Assembly: GCA_964392775.1 (NCBI GenBank)
Contig: CAYMRD010000011.1
Location: 40,410 to 104,409 of the forward strand
Origin: an uncultured Bifidobacteriaceae bacterium
GTDB lineage: Bacteria; Bacteroidota; Bacteroidia; UKL13-3
DNA length: 64,000 bases
Direction: 5' to 3'
The notes beneath the pieces were generated by a model that worked only from the letters and a program-made list of their open reading frames with translations, made no database searches and was not told where the DNA came from. The position numbers and the translations under genes are program-made. How positions within the stretch are numbered: position 1 is the stretch's first letter; every line of letters begins with the position of its first letter. Of this stretch, positions 54,834 through 64,000 are shown piece by piece.

Positions 54834-56552
54834 TTATCGGGATGTCTTCGGTACAAAAAATTGAAATAAAGAAGCAATGAGCACAACCAGTAAACACCCG
54901 ATTACATTGAGCCACAAGAAGGAAACAATATCAGATACATAAATACCAATCACCCCGGCTTCGGCCAGTAAGGCGGCATAAAATACAGCTTTGCTGCCAA
55001 TTCGTTTCAGGTAGAAGGCAACCACAAAAATGCCAAGCATTGTTCCGTAAAACAAACTTCCCAATACGTTCACCGCTTCAATCAAACTGCCAAGTTGAGA
55101 AGCAAACATGGCTGTTGCAATGCAAAACAAACCCCAAAATAAGGTGATCCACTTAGATGCTTTGTAGTAATGAAGGTCATTTTTGTTGGGATACCACATC
55201 CGCTTATACAAATCAATAACGGTAGAAGAGGCCAGCGAATTAAGTGCAGCGGCAATACTTCCCCAGGCTGCCAAAAAGATAACGGCAATCAGTAACCCGA
55301 TTAAACCTTTGGGTAAATGGTGTACCACAAAATATAAAAAGATATAATTGGTATCATTTACATCCGCTGTTTTGTCGGCTTGTTTAATGGCATCAAGGGT
55401 TTGTTTACGTACTTCTTGTTTGTTGCTTTCGATGGTTTTAAGTTCCGTTTGCAACGTGCTTATCTGAGATTGAGAATTATCTTTAATCGCATTACTCAAC
55501 AGCACAACCTGTGATTGCGACATACTGCTCAATGAATCGTATTGTGTAGCTAATCGCGTGAGATTTTCCCTGCAATCCACACAATCGGTTTTGTATGCTT
55601 TTTGCAATTGAGCATCATTAAAAAATACGGGAGCCTTGTAAAATAAATAGAATGAAAACACCAATGCACCAATCAGCAAAATTAAAAACTGCATGGGCAC
55701 TTTTACCAGTCCGTTCATCAATAAACCCATCCGGCTTTCTTTAATGCTCTTAGCGGTAAGGTATCGCCCAACCTGACTCTGGTCTGTTCCAAAATAGGAG
55801 AGTGCCAGAAAGAAACCACCAATCAGTCCGCTCCAGATATTGTATTTGTCTTTCCACCAGGCACTGTCGGTTACATCAATTTTTGTTTCGATGATATTGA
55901 GCTTGCCCATTTTGCCTGCTACCTGCAACGCATCTGTAAACCCAACACCTTCGGGTAATAAATGCACCACCATGTATCCGGCTAAAAACATCCCGATAAA
56001 CACGATAAACAACTGCTGCATCTGTGTATAGGCTACGGCTTTGGCTCCACCTGTTAACGTGTACACAATCAGCAAACCACCCATTACAATATTGGTGAGG
56101 TAAATATTCCAGCCCAATAAAGACGATAAGATGATAGACGGAGCATAAATGCTGATTCCGGTTGAGAGTCCGCGGGATACCAGAAAAAGGGCAGAGGTAA
56201 GCGCCCGTGTTCTCAAATCAAACCGTTGTTCCAAATACTCGTAAGCCGTATATACTTTGAGTTTGTGAAAGATGGGCACAAACGTAATGCAGAGCACAAC
56301 CATCGCCAGCGGCAAGCCAAAATAATATTGTACAAACCGCATTCCATCGGTATAGGCCTGTCCGGGTGCCGATAAAAACGTGATGGCACTGGCTTGTGTT
56401 CCCATAATCGACAGCAGGATGAGAAACCAACTCATGGAGTTATTGCTCTTGAAATAACTGTCCAGATTTTTCTCATGGGTGCTTTTATACACGCCATAGC
56501 TCACCACGGCTGCCAGTGTTACAGTCAGTACAATCCAATCAATTAAGCTCAT
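54834..56552 (-). CDS. Sodium:solute symporter (SSS) family transporter with ~90-aa hydrophilic coiled-coil insert
   Basis: 13-14 TM with an SSS signature region. Insert at aa 311-402 (nt 55347-55622). Confidence 0.8.
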   Translation of the reverse strand: MSLIDWIVLTVTLAAVVSYGVYKSTHEKNLDSYFKSNNSMSWFLILLSIMGTQASAITFLSAPGQAYTDGMRFVQYYFGLPLAMVVLCITFVPIFHKLKVYTAYEYLEQRFDLRTRALTSALFLVSRGLSTGISIYAPSIILSSLLGWNIYLTNIVMGGLLIVYTLTGGAKAVAYTQMQQLFIVFIGMFLAGYMVVHLLPEGVGFTDALQVAGKMGKLNIIETKIDVTDSAWWKDKYNIWSGLIGGFFLALSYFGTDQSQVGRYLTAKSIKESRMGLLMNGLVKVPMQFLILLIGALVFSFYLFYKAPVFFNDAQLQKAYKTDCVDCRENLTRLATQYDSLSSMSQSQVVLLSNAIKDNSQSQISTLQTELKTIESNKQEVRKQTLDAIKQADKTADVNDTNYIFLYFVVHHLPKGLIGLLIAVIFLAAWGSIAAALNSLASSTVIDLYKRMWYPNKNDLHYYKASKWITLFWGLFCIATAMFASQLGSLIEAVNVLGSLFYGTMLGIFVVAFYLKRIGSKAVFYAALLAEAGVIGIYVSDIVSFLWLNVIGCLLVVLIASLFQFFVPKTSR

Positions 56553-56650
56553 GAGAAATACTGTGTAAATACGTAAAACAATACCACCTCAATGGCCAGC
56601 GCAGCAACTATAGCTATATACCAGTGATTGAAATTTTCTTTTTTATCCAT
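56549..56650 (-). CDS. 33-aa single-TM peptide translationally coupled (ATGA overlap) to the SSS transporter
   Basis: MDKKENFNHWYIAIVAALAIEVVLFYVFTQYFS. Its TGA stop overlaps the transporter ATG. Confidence 0.4.
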   Translation of the reverse strand: MDKKENFNHWYIAIVAALAIEVVLFYVFTQYFS

Positions 56651-56769
56651 TTTTCTTTTTTTACCGCAGCGAAGATGCAACGTCCAGAGCAGATGTTTAT
56701 CCTTTTTTTATTTACCACAAGGTTCACGAAGAACGTACAAAGGCTCCAAGACACGAGGCTTCACGAAGT

Positions 56770-57336
56770 TTAAATATAAAGAATGGATTCAATTAAAATG
56801 CAATTTGTGCTTGCTTCAAATGTCAGTGATTCATGGGGGGTGATGAGACATGCATCAAGTGTATTGCAAACAAGAGTTTCATCCGCATTCGATACGGTTC
56901 CTTGTCCCTGATACAAAAACCAATGGGTATATGCCGGTGAGGATATTGCTTCATGGATTTGTTCCGGTTGCAAAACGCGGGCTCTGAGTGAAGCTTTAGC
57001 TTCCGGTTTGTGTATGATATTAAAGTCGGTAGCCAAACCTTCGGAAGATGTTTGCCAGTTGCCGCTAAAATGGTCTGTGTCGAATGGTTGCAGCTGGATG
57101 GTATGGGCTTCCTGATGGGTGATGGTTAAACTGCCTTCGAGTACCATGAGGATGCGGTTAAAGCCGGGCAGGGCAGTAAAACAGGATTGCGGAATGCGAA
57201 TGGTGGCGGTACTGATTCGAACCTTAAAGTCGCGTTCGGTATACAATGAACCGGGAGGAAAGATGAATAACTGAGTGGTTGTTCCTCCGGTCCACTCCGA
57301 GGTTTGCTGTTTATGAAAAGGAATGACTTGAACCAT
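56770..57336 (-). CDS. HutD/Ves-family (cupin) protein
   Basis: 188 aa. W-GG...L..FP ... RIS.A.I ... F..LPG motif order typical of HutD. Confidence 0.55.
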   Translation of the reverse strand: MVQVIPFHKQQTSEWTGGTTTQLFIFPPGSLYTERDFKVRISTATIRIPQSCFTALPGFNRILMVLEGSLTITHQEAHTIQLQPFDTDHFSGNWQTSSEGLATDFNIIHKPEAKASLRARVLQPEQIHEAISSPAYTHWFLYQGQGTVSNADETLVCNTLDACLITPHESLTFEASTNCILIESILYI

Positions 57337-57480
57337 GAGAATACGTTTTACCTGTCATTGCATAGTTAATGCAAAACCCGAAACGATCATAAAAATAAAA
57401 CAGTAAGTTTGGTTTGAATCGTATAAATTCGGTGTCGGCAATAATAACGGTAACGGTTAATATTATTAAGTCAGTTCATT

Positions 57481-58383
57481 ATGAAGGGAAAAGCAACTAA
57501 ATACCTCGACTCACTAAGAGTAAAGCCCGGTAAGAAAATTTCATTGCGTAAAGATTTTGAAACAGGAAATACCCAGAAATTTATTGACAAAGAGATGGGG
57601 CAGAAGATGCTGGAAGACGGGATTATCAACCTGGCTAAATTACAGGATAAACTGTATGCTCATGATGAGTTTAGCGTATTGATTGTGTTGCAGGCGATGG
57701 ATGCCGCGGGGAAAGACGGAGCCATCAAGCATGTGATGAGCGGACTGAATCCGCAAGGGGTAAAAGTAACGTCTTTTAAAACACCTTCATCTCAGGAACT
57801 GGACCACGATTATTTCTGGAGACATTATAAGGCCCTGCCTTCCCGTGGCGAGATAGGTATCTTTAACCGCTCGCATTACGAAAATGTGCTGGTCACAAGG
57901 GTTCATCCCGAATATGTGCTCAATGAACGTTTGCCGGAAGTAAATTCCATCAGGGATGTAGACAAGAAGTTTTGGGAACGCAGGTATAAACAAATCAACC
58001 GGTTCGAGAAAAATCTGGCCGAAAATGGAACCATTATCCTTAAGTTTTTTCTCAATGTATCGAAGGATGAGCAGAAAAAACGTTTCCTGGAACGTATTGA
58101 TAATCCGGCTAAGAACTGGAAGTTTTCGACAGCCGATGCCCGCGAGCGGGAGCATTGGGACGAATACATGAACGCGTATGAGGAGATGCTGTCGGCAACG
58201 TCAACAGATGAAGCCCCGTGGTTTGTATTGCCTGCTGATGATAAGTGGCTGACGCGTTTGTGTCTGGCAGCGATTATCTACCGTGAGTTTGAAAAATTAA
58301 ACTTGTCGTATCCCGAAGTGGGCAAGGAGCAGGCAGACAAATTGCAGGAAGCAAAAAAAGCGTTGTTAGCTGAGAAAAATTAA
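57481..58383 (+). CDS. Polyphosphate kinase 2 family (polyphosphate:nucleotide phosphotransferase)
   Basis: Walker A GMDAAGKDG, the lid, and Walker B of PPK2. 300 aa. Confidence 0.85.
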   Translation: MKGKATKYLDSLRVKPGKKISLRKDFETGNTQKFIDKEMGQKMLEDGIINLAKLQDKLYAHDEFSVLIVLQAMDAAGKDGAIKHVMSGLNPQGVKVTSFKTPSSQELDHDYFWRHYKALPSRGEIGIFNRSHYENVLVTRVHPEYVLNERLPEVNSIRDVDKKFWERRYKQINRFEKNLAENGTIILKFFLNVSKDEQKKRFLERIDNPAKNWKFSTADAREREHWDEYMNAYEEMLSATSTDEAPWFVLPADDKWLTRLCLAAIIYREFEKLNLSYPEVGKEQADKLQEAKKALLAEKN

Positions 58384-58429
58384 ATCATACCAGGATGCTT
58401 TCTTATAAATTAATGGGTTCATCATTTTA

Positions 58430-59563
58430 ATGATACAACAGATGCTTAAATATTACAGGATACTTTGTGTGATTATATTGGCAGGATGCGGTTCATCAAC
58501 TGCCCCCACAACAACCGGAGATACAGAGGTTCCGGTTACCTACGTCAACACTATGAACGTGGAAACAGATGTATTGTTTGTGGCTGATATCAATGCCATT
58601 CAAAATGTTGAAATCAGGGCGCGCGTAAATGGGTATCTCGAACATATTTATGTTGATGAAGGAAAACCGGTTGAGAAAGGACAACTGTTGTTTAAAATCA
58701 ATGATGAAGAATACCAGGCTGCCCTGCACCGTGCCGAGGCTAATTTGAAAAGTGCCGAAGCTGAATACAAATCGGCACAGGTGGAACGCGAGCGGGTGCG
58801 ATTGCTGGTGGAAAAAGAGGTAATCGCCAAAACTGAAATGGATCTGGCCATCGCCAAAATTGATGTGGCGCTGGCCAAAATAGAACAGGCCAAAGCCGAT
58901 GCTATTGCCGCCCGTGTGAAGCTGGAGCATACCAATATCCGTTCTCCGTTTGCAGGTGTTATCGATCGTATTCCTTATAAATTAGGAAGTCTTATTTCAC
59001 AGGGAACATTGCTTACAACTGTTTCCGATGCGTCTTTTATCAATGCCTATTTTAGTATTTCGGAAGTTGAATACCTGCGTTACCTCGAAACACATCCCGA
59101 ACTGAGTGATTCCATCAACGGGCAGGAAGTGGAGCTTACCCTTGCCGATGGCTCGGTCTATCCGGTGAAAGGAAAAATTGAAACCATGGAGAGCCAGTTT
59201 GATGAAGCTACCGGAACCATTGCCATCCGTGCTCGCTTTGAAAACAAACAGGGACTGTTGAAACATGGCTCCAACGGAAAAATTAAGGTTCGCAGAAAGC
59301 TGAATAAGGTGATGGTGATTCCGCAAAAATCGGCTATGGAAATTCAGGATCGAAACTTTGTATTTGTAGTCAACGAACAAAATATGGTTGTGATGCAAAG
59401 CTTTATCATCCTGCAGCGGTACAAGGATTTTTATATTGTGAAATCAGGTCTTAAGCCCGGACAAAAAATTGTGTACGAAGGTGTGCAGAATATACGTGAA
59501 GGAAGCGTCATTAAACCCCGCTCCACCAATCTGAAAGAGATCTATAATTTTACAACCCAATAG
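58430..59563 (+). CDS. RND efflux periplasmic adaptor (MFP) lipoprotein
   Basis: Lipobox ILAGC. Biotinyl/lipoyl-like hairpin and coiled coil. Confidence 0.85.
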   Translation: MIQQMLKYYRILCVIILAGCGSSTAPTTTGDTEVPVTYVNTMNVETDVLFVADINAIQNVEIRARVNGYLEHIYVDEGKPVEKGQLLFKINDEEYQAALHRAEANLKSAEAEYKSAQVERERVRLLVEKEVIAKTEMDLAIAKIDVALAKIEQAKADAIAARVKLEHTNIRSPFAGVIDRIPYKLGSLISQGTLLTTVSDASFINAYFSISEVEYLRYLETHPELSDSINGQEVELTLADGSVYPVKGKIETMESQFDEATGTIAIRARFENKQGLLKHGSNGKIKVRRKLNKVMVIPQKSAMEIQDRNFVFVVNEQNMVVMQSFIILQRYKDFYIVKSGLKPGQKIVYEGVQNIREGSVIKPRSTNLKEIYNFTTQ

Positions 59564-59565
59564 GT

Positions 59566-62500
59566 ATGTTTAGTACGTTTGTCAACCGTCCGGTACTTTC
59601 ATTGGTGATTTCCTTGTTCATCACCTTGCTGGGTATTCTTGCTTTTTTCGGATTGCCCATCACGCAGTTTCCCGAAATTGTTCCGCCTTCGGTAACGGTT
59701 ACTGCAAAATACATCGGGGCCAATGCCGATGTATGTATCAAAACGGTAGCGACTCCCATTGAGCGCGCCATCAACGGAGTGCCGGGCATGACGTATATGT
59801 CGTCCGTTTCCAGCAATAATGGTATCACCATCATCACCATTTTTTTTGAAGTGGGAACCGATCCCGATTTGGCTGCGGTAAACGTACAAAACCGTGTGAG
59901 CACGGTGGTGGATGAATTGCCCGAAGAAGTAATCAGAGCGGGTGTAAAAACAGAGAAAGAAGTAAACAGCATGTTGTTATACCTCAACCTGTATAGTGAG
60001 GATGATGGTGTAGACGAAAAGTTTGTATACAATTTTGCCGATATCAATATTGTGCCTGAGCTCAAACGGATTGATGGAGTGGGGATGGCGCAGATCATGA
60101 GCGCCCGCGATTATTCGATGCGTGTTTGGCTCAATCCGCTTAAGATGAGTTCGTATCAGGTGGCTACGCAGGAAGTGATTGATGCCATCCGCGGACAAAA
60201 CGTGGAAGCGGCACCGGGAAAAACAGGAGAGAGCTCAGATAAAACCAAACAAACCCTGCAGTATGTATTGCGTTATACCGGAAAATTTATTGAGCCCGAA
60301 CAGTATCGTAATATTATCATTCGCTCCAATCCCGATGGGTCATATTTAAAACTGAGAGATATTGCCGATGTTGAGTTTGGTTCCCTCAACTATAATATGG
60401 AATCCAAAGCGGATGGGAGACCTTCGGCTTCCATCATGCTCAAACAACGTCCGGGTTCAAATGCCAGCGAAGTAATTAAGAATGTTAAAAAGCGTATGGG
60501 CGAATTGGAGAAAACAGCTTTTCCTCCTAAAATGAAATTTAACTTAGCGTATGATGTGTCAAGGTTTTTAGATGCATCCATCGAAGAGGTTTTGCATACG
60601 TTTTTCGAAGCCTTGATCCTGGTATTTATTGTGGTGTTTATCTTCTTGCAGGATTTTCGCTCTACACTCATTCCGGCTTTGGCTGTTCCGGTATCGTTGA
60701 TCGGAACGTTTGCGTTTATGAGTTTGCTTGGATTTTCCATCAACCTGCTTACGTTGTTTGCCATGATTTTGGCCATTGGTATTGTGGTGGATGATGCCAT
60801 TGTGGTGGTGGAAGCCGTGCATGCCAAGATGCACCAGAAAAAATTGGGGCCTAAACAAGCCACCATCGAGTCGATGCAGGAAATTGGCGGAGCCATTGTA
60901 GCGATTACGATGGTAATGGCTGCGGTGTTTATTCCGGTTTCATTTTTAAGTGGTCCTGTGGGTGTATTCTACCGCCAGTTCTCCCTTACGTTAGCCATTG
61001 CCATTTTGATTTCGGGTATCAATGCGCTTACGTTTACTCCGGCTTTATCTGCTTTAATTTTAAAACCTTCGCATGGTGAGAAAAAAGGATGGCTGCAACC
61101 CTTCTTTAATGGGTTTAATAAAGGGTATGATAAAGTAGAGGCTGCTTACAAACGCCTTGTTGAACGCTTTAGTGTGAAGCCTGTTTTTACATTGATAGCC
61201 TTGGTTGTATTTATTGTGGCGGCATGGGGCATTACGTTTTTCCTTCCTTCGGGATTTATTCCCACTGAAGATCAGGGTGTGATTTATGTGAACGTTACAA
61301 CACCTCCGGGTTCTACGGTTGAACGTACTGCCAAGGTGCTCGATAAAATTGCACAAGTGAGCAAGGCACATCCGTCCGTTGAAAATATATCGACCTTAGC
61401 CGGGTATAGTTTGATTACCGAATCGGCTGGTGCTTCGTATGGAATGGCCATGCTCAATCTCAAGCCTTGGGATGATCGGGAAGAATCGGTGAATGATATG
61501 ATTGAAATTCTCTCTGAACGTACCAAGTTTATTTCGGATGCTAAGATTGAATTTTTTCCGCCACCAACCGTTCCGGGTTTTGGTAATGCCAGTGGTTTTG
61601 AAATTCGCTTGCTTGATAAAACAGGTTCGGGAAACCTTGCTCAGCTTGATGCTGTGGGCAAAGAGTTTATGCAGAAATTGGAGAACACTGATGTGATTGG
61701 AAATACGTTTACAAGTTTTGATCCAACGTTTCCGCAATACCTGATTCATATCGATTATGATATGGCTGCCAAAAAAGGCATCACGGTTGCCGAAGCCATG
61801 AATACGTTGCAGGCGCTCATTGGAAGTTATTATGCCAGCAATTTTGTGCGGTTCGGGCAAATGTATAAAGTGATGATTCAGGCATCGCCTGAGTTTAGAG
61901 CCAAGCCCGAAGATTTGTTGCAGCTCTATGTAAAAAACAAAACAGGAGAGATGGTACAGTATGCAACGTTTATGCATATCACAAGGGTTTACGGTCCCGA
62001 ACAAATTACACGCTACAATATGTTCAACGCCATTATGATTAATGGTGATGCTGAAAAAGGTCATAGTAGTGGAGAAGCGATTAAGACGATTCAGGAAGTT
62101 GCAACAACATTGCCTCGTGGTTTTGTGGTGGAGTTCTCGGGTATTACACGCGAGGAAGTATTATCGGGCAATCAGGCTATTTATATTTTCATTCTGTGTA
62201 TTGTATTTGTCTACCTCTTGTTGGCTGCGCAGTACGAGAGTTTCTTATTACCGCTGTCGGTATTACTCGCTTTGCCAACTGGGGTGTTCGGAGCGTTTTT
62301 CTCATTAACCGTTCTCGGATTGGAAAACAATATTTATGCGCAAGTTTCGATGGTGATGCTCATTGGGTTATTGGGTAAAAATGCAATCTTAATTGTGGAG
62401 TATGCCTTGATGAAACAAAAGGAAGGAGCGAGTATTAAGGATGCGATGGTTGAAGGAGCTGTTGCCCGTTTGCGCCCAATCCTTATGACCTCATTTGCCT

Positions 62501-62706
62501 TTAATGCAGGATTGATTCCACTGGTGATAGCAAGTGGTCCGGGTGAAATTGGAAACCGCTCCATTGGAACTTCGGCAGCAGGAGGGATGCTGATTGGAAC
62601 CCTCTTTGGTGTCATCATCATTCCGGGATTATTCCTCATTTTTGCTTCACTTGAAGCGCGTATCAAAAATAAATCAGCTGTGAAGGAGAAGGTGCATCAT
62701 GAATAA
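59566..62706 (+). CDS. RND efflux permease (AcrB/HAE1 family)
   Basis: 1046 aa with a 12-TM topology and two large periplasmic loops. Confidence 0.9.
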   Translation: MFSTFVNRPVLSLVISLFITLLGILAFFGLPITQFPEIVPPSVTVTAKYIGANADVCIKTVATPIERAINGVPGMTYMSSVSSNNGITIITIFFEVGTDPDLAAVNVQNRVSTVVDELPEEVIRAGVKTEKEVNSMLLYLNLYSEDDGVDEKFVYNFADINIVPELKRIDGVGMAQIMSARDYSMRVWLNPLKMSSYQVATQEVIDAIRGQNVEAAPGKTGESSDKTKQTLQYVLRYTGKFIEPEQYRNIIIRSNPDGSYLKLRDIADVEFGSLNYNMESKADGRPSASIMLKQRPGSNASEVIKNVKKRMGELEKTAFPPKMKFNLAYDVSRFLDASIEEVLHTFFEALILVFIVVFIFLQDFRSTLIPALAVPVSLIGTFAFMSLLGFSINLLTLFAMILAIGIVVDDAIVVVEAVHAKMHQKKLGPKQATIESMQEIGGAIVAITMVMAAVFIPVSFLSGPVGVFYRQFSLTLAIAILISGINALTFTPALSALILKPSHGEKKGWLQPFFNGFNKGYDKVEAAYKRLVERFSVKPVFTLIALVVFIVAAWGITFFLPSGFIPTEDQGVIYVNVTTPPGSTVERTAKVLDKIAQVSKAHPSVENISTLAGYSLITESAGASYGMAMLNLKPWDDREESVNDMIEILSERTKFISDAKIEFFPPPTVPGFGNASGFEIRLLDKTGSGNLAQLDAVGKEFMQKLENTDVIGNTFTSFDPTFPQYLIHIDYDMAAKKGITVAEAMNTLQALIGSYYASNFVRFGQMYKVMIQASPEFRAKPEDLLQLYVKNKTGEMVQYATFMHITRVYGPEQITRYNMFNAIMINGDAEKGHSSGEAIKTIQEVATTLPRGFVVEFSGITREEVLSGNQAIYIFILCIVFVYLLLAAQYESFLLPLSVLLALPTGVFGAFFSLTVLGLENNIYAQVSMVMLIGLLGKNAILIVEYALMKQKEGASIKDAMVEGAVARLRPILMTSFAFNAGLIPLVIASGPGEIGNRSIGTSAAGGMLIGTLFGVIIIPGLFLIFASLEARIKNKSAVKEKVHHE

Positions 62707-64000
62707 GGTTTTGATCTGTTTACTGTTGGTTGTTGCTGCGTGTCGTGTTCCAAAAGAACTCAATCCTGAAAAAGATATAACAGTACCTACTGCTTTTAAA
62801 GCGGATTCTACATACAACGGTAATCAGGCTGTGGTTAAATGGAAAGAGTATTTTAAAGATCCGTACTTGGTCCAATTGATTGATACCGCACTCAAATACA
62901 ATATGGATTTGCAGATTGCCAACCAGCGTATTTATGCAGCCCAATCACAATACCAGAGTAGCCGCAATATGTTGTTTCCGCAAGTAAATGCAGCCTTATC
63001 AACCGGTGTAACCAAGTATGGCGATTATACCACCGATGGAGTGGGTAATTACGATACCAACAAATCGCCTAATATTACGAGCGACCAAAAAATTCCTGAA
63101 CCTGCTGTGCCCGATTTTTATGCCGGACTGCGGGCCTCGTGGGAGATTGGCTTTAGCGGCAAACTGCAAAACAAACGCAAGGCACAGGTCAACCGGTACA
63201 TGGCCTCCGAAGATGGACGCAAATATCTGACCACCCAGTTGGTGGCCGAAATTGCCAAAACGTATTATGAGCTTTTGGCCTTGGATGCTGAGCTGGAAAT
63301 CATCCGCAAGAATATTGAAATCCAGACCAAGGGATTGGAGATTATCAAAATTCAAAAACAAAGCGGGCGAAACAACGAGTTGGCGGTTAAACAATTTGAA
63401 GCGCAAGTGCTTCGCTCAAAAGCCATGGAGTCGATGACGATGATGGATATTGTAGCCACCGAAAATAAATTGAATACGATGATGGGTAGGTTCCCGCAAA
63501 CCATTCCACGTAAGGATAGCATCGACATGAATGATATTCCACCCATGTTATCATCGGGTATTCCATCAGAGTTATTGAAAAACCGTATGGATGTGCAACA
63601 AGCCGAAAAGGAGTTTGTAGCTTCTAAGTATGATTTTAAAAGTACCAAAGGAGCCTTTTACCCAAGCATCAATATTACGGCTTCGGTAGGTGCCAACGCC
63701 TTTAAAAGCGCATTGTGGTTTGATCCGGCATCGCTTGCTTACAATGTATTGGGAGGCATTAGTGCACCGCTGTTTAACCGCCCGGGTATCATGAACAATT
63801 ACCGCAATGCGTATGCTGCCAAAAACGAATCCTTCCTCAACTACCAAAAAGTAGTGCTCACCAGTGTTGAAGAAGTATCGACCGAAATGTACCGCCTGCA
63901 GAGCTACCAAAAAGTGAGCAACCTTAAAGCCGAAGAAGTAAAAACGATGAATGAAGCGGTGGCGATTTCCAATGAGTTATTTGTAACAGGATATGCCAAC
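62699..64000 (+). CDS. Outer-membrane efflux protein (TolC/OMF family) lipoprotein, 3' end beyond window
   Basis: ATG at 62699 overlaps the RND stop by 8 nt. Lipobox LLVVAAC. Open to the window end. Confidence 0.8.
   Translation, partial: MNKVLICLLLVVAACRVPKELNPEKDITVPTAFKADSTYNGNQAVVKWKEYFKDPYLVQLIDTALKYNMDLQIANQRIYAAQSQYQSSRNMLFPQVNAALSTGVTKYGDYTTDGVGNYDTNKSPNITSDQKIPEPAVPDFYAGLRASWEIGFSGKLQNKRKAQVNRYMASEDGRKYLTTQLVAEIAKTYYELLALDAELEIIRKNIEIQTKGLEIIKIQKQSGRNNELAVKQFEAQVLRSKAMESMTMMDIVATENKLNTMMGRFPQTIPRKDSIDMNDIPPMLSSGIPSELLKNRMDVQQAEKEFVASKYDFKSTKGAFYPSINITASVGANAFKSALWFDPASLAYNVLGGISAPLFNRPGIMNNYRNAYAAKNESFLNYQKVVLTSVEEVSTEMYRLQSYQKVSNLKAEEVKTMNEAVAISNELFVTGYAN

Noticed and set aside
1-64000. 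CRISPR arrays, integrases, transposases, phage or conjugation genes, toxin-antitoxin or restriction-modification genes
   Set aside because: No spacer-repeat periodicity, no DDE/tyrosine-recombinase-like ORFs and no defence-type ATPase or nuclease motifs were seen. The window reads as core chromosome rather than a mobile or defence island.

Overview
Bacteroidota-type chromosomal segment: T9SS C-terminal sorting domains (VYPNPAT), bacillithiol genes, a likely TAnnTTTG -7 promoter box, almost no Shine-Dalgarno sequences. About 55 protein genes densely packed on both strands, plus one tRNA-Arg(ACG). Mostly housekeeping and envelope functions, read directly from the translations. These are mnmA, uvrC, trxB, rsmG, tandem rsmF-like/rsmB, ribBA, and a System-I cytochrome c maturation operon ccmC-(ccmD)-ccmE-ccmF. 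Others are a glutathione peroxidase, BshB1, a YtxJ-like protein, LptF/G, several glycosyltransferases (GT2, GT4, GT39) and a PAP2 phosphatase. Also present are a SulP transporter fused to a beta-carbonic anhydrase, a PadR-PspC pair, an SSS symporter, PPK2, and an RND efflux operon (MFP, AcrB-like, and a TolC-like gene truncated at the window end). Secreted and outer-membrane genes are three T9SS cargo proteins and two paralogous CarboxypepD_reg/DUF5686 outer-membrane proteins. No CRISPR, integrase, transposase or obvious defence island is visible. The most unusual content is non-coding. A roughly 220-bp structured element occurs twice at about 95% identity in opposite orientation (3107-3330 and 25328-25545), each copy directly upstream of an unrelated gene. 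A family of mosaic GC-rich palindromic intergenic repeats shares short exact blocks across 18.6 kb, 22.8 kb, 37.6 kb, 40.1 kb and 54.4 kb. A tandem array of hairpin repeats and a perfect 16-bp stem-loop sit upstream of ccmC. A GACTRAA heptamer array lies immediately after mnmA. Three unannotated small ORFs (ccmD-like, an SSS-coupled 33-aa peptide, a 59-aa ORF before ribBA) are proposed. All functional calls are motif-based inferences from the translations; no database search was possible.
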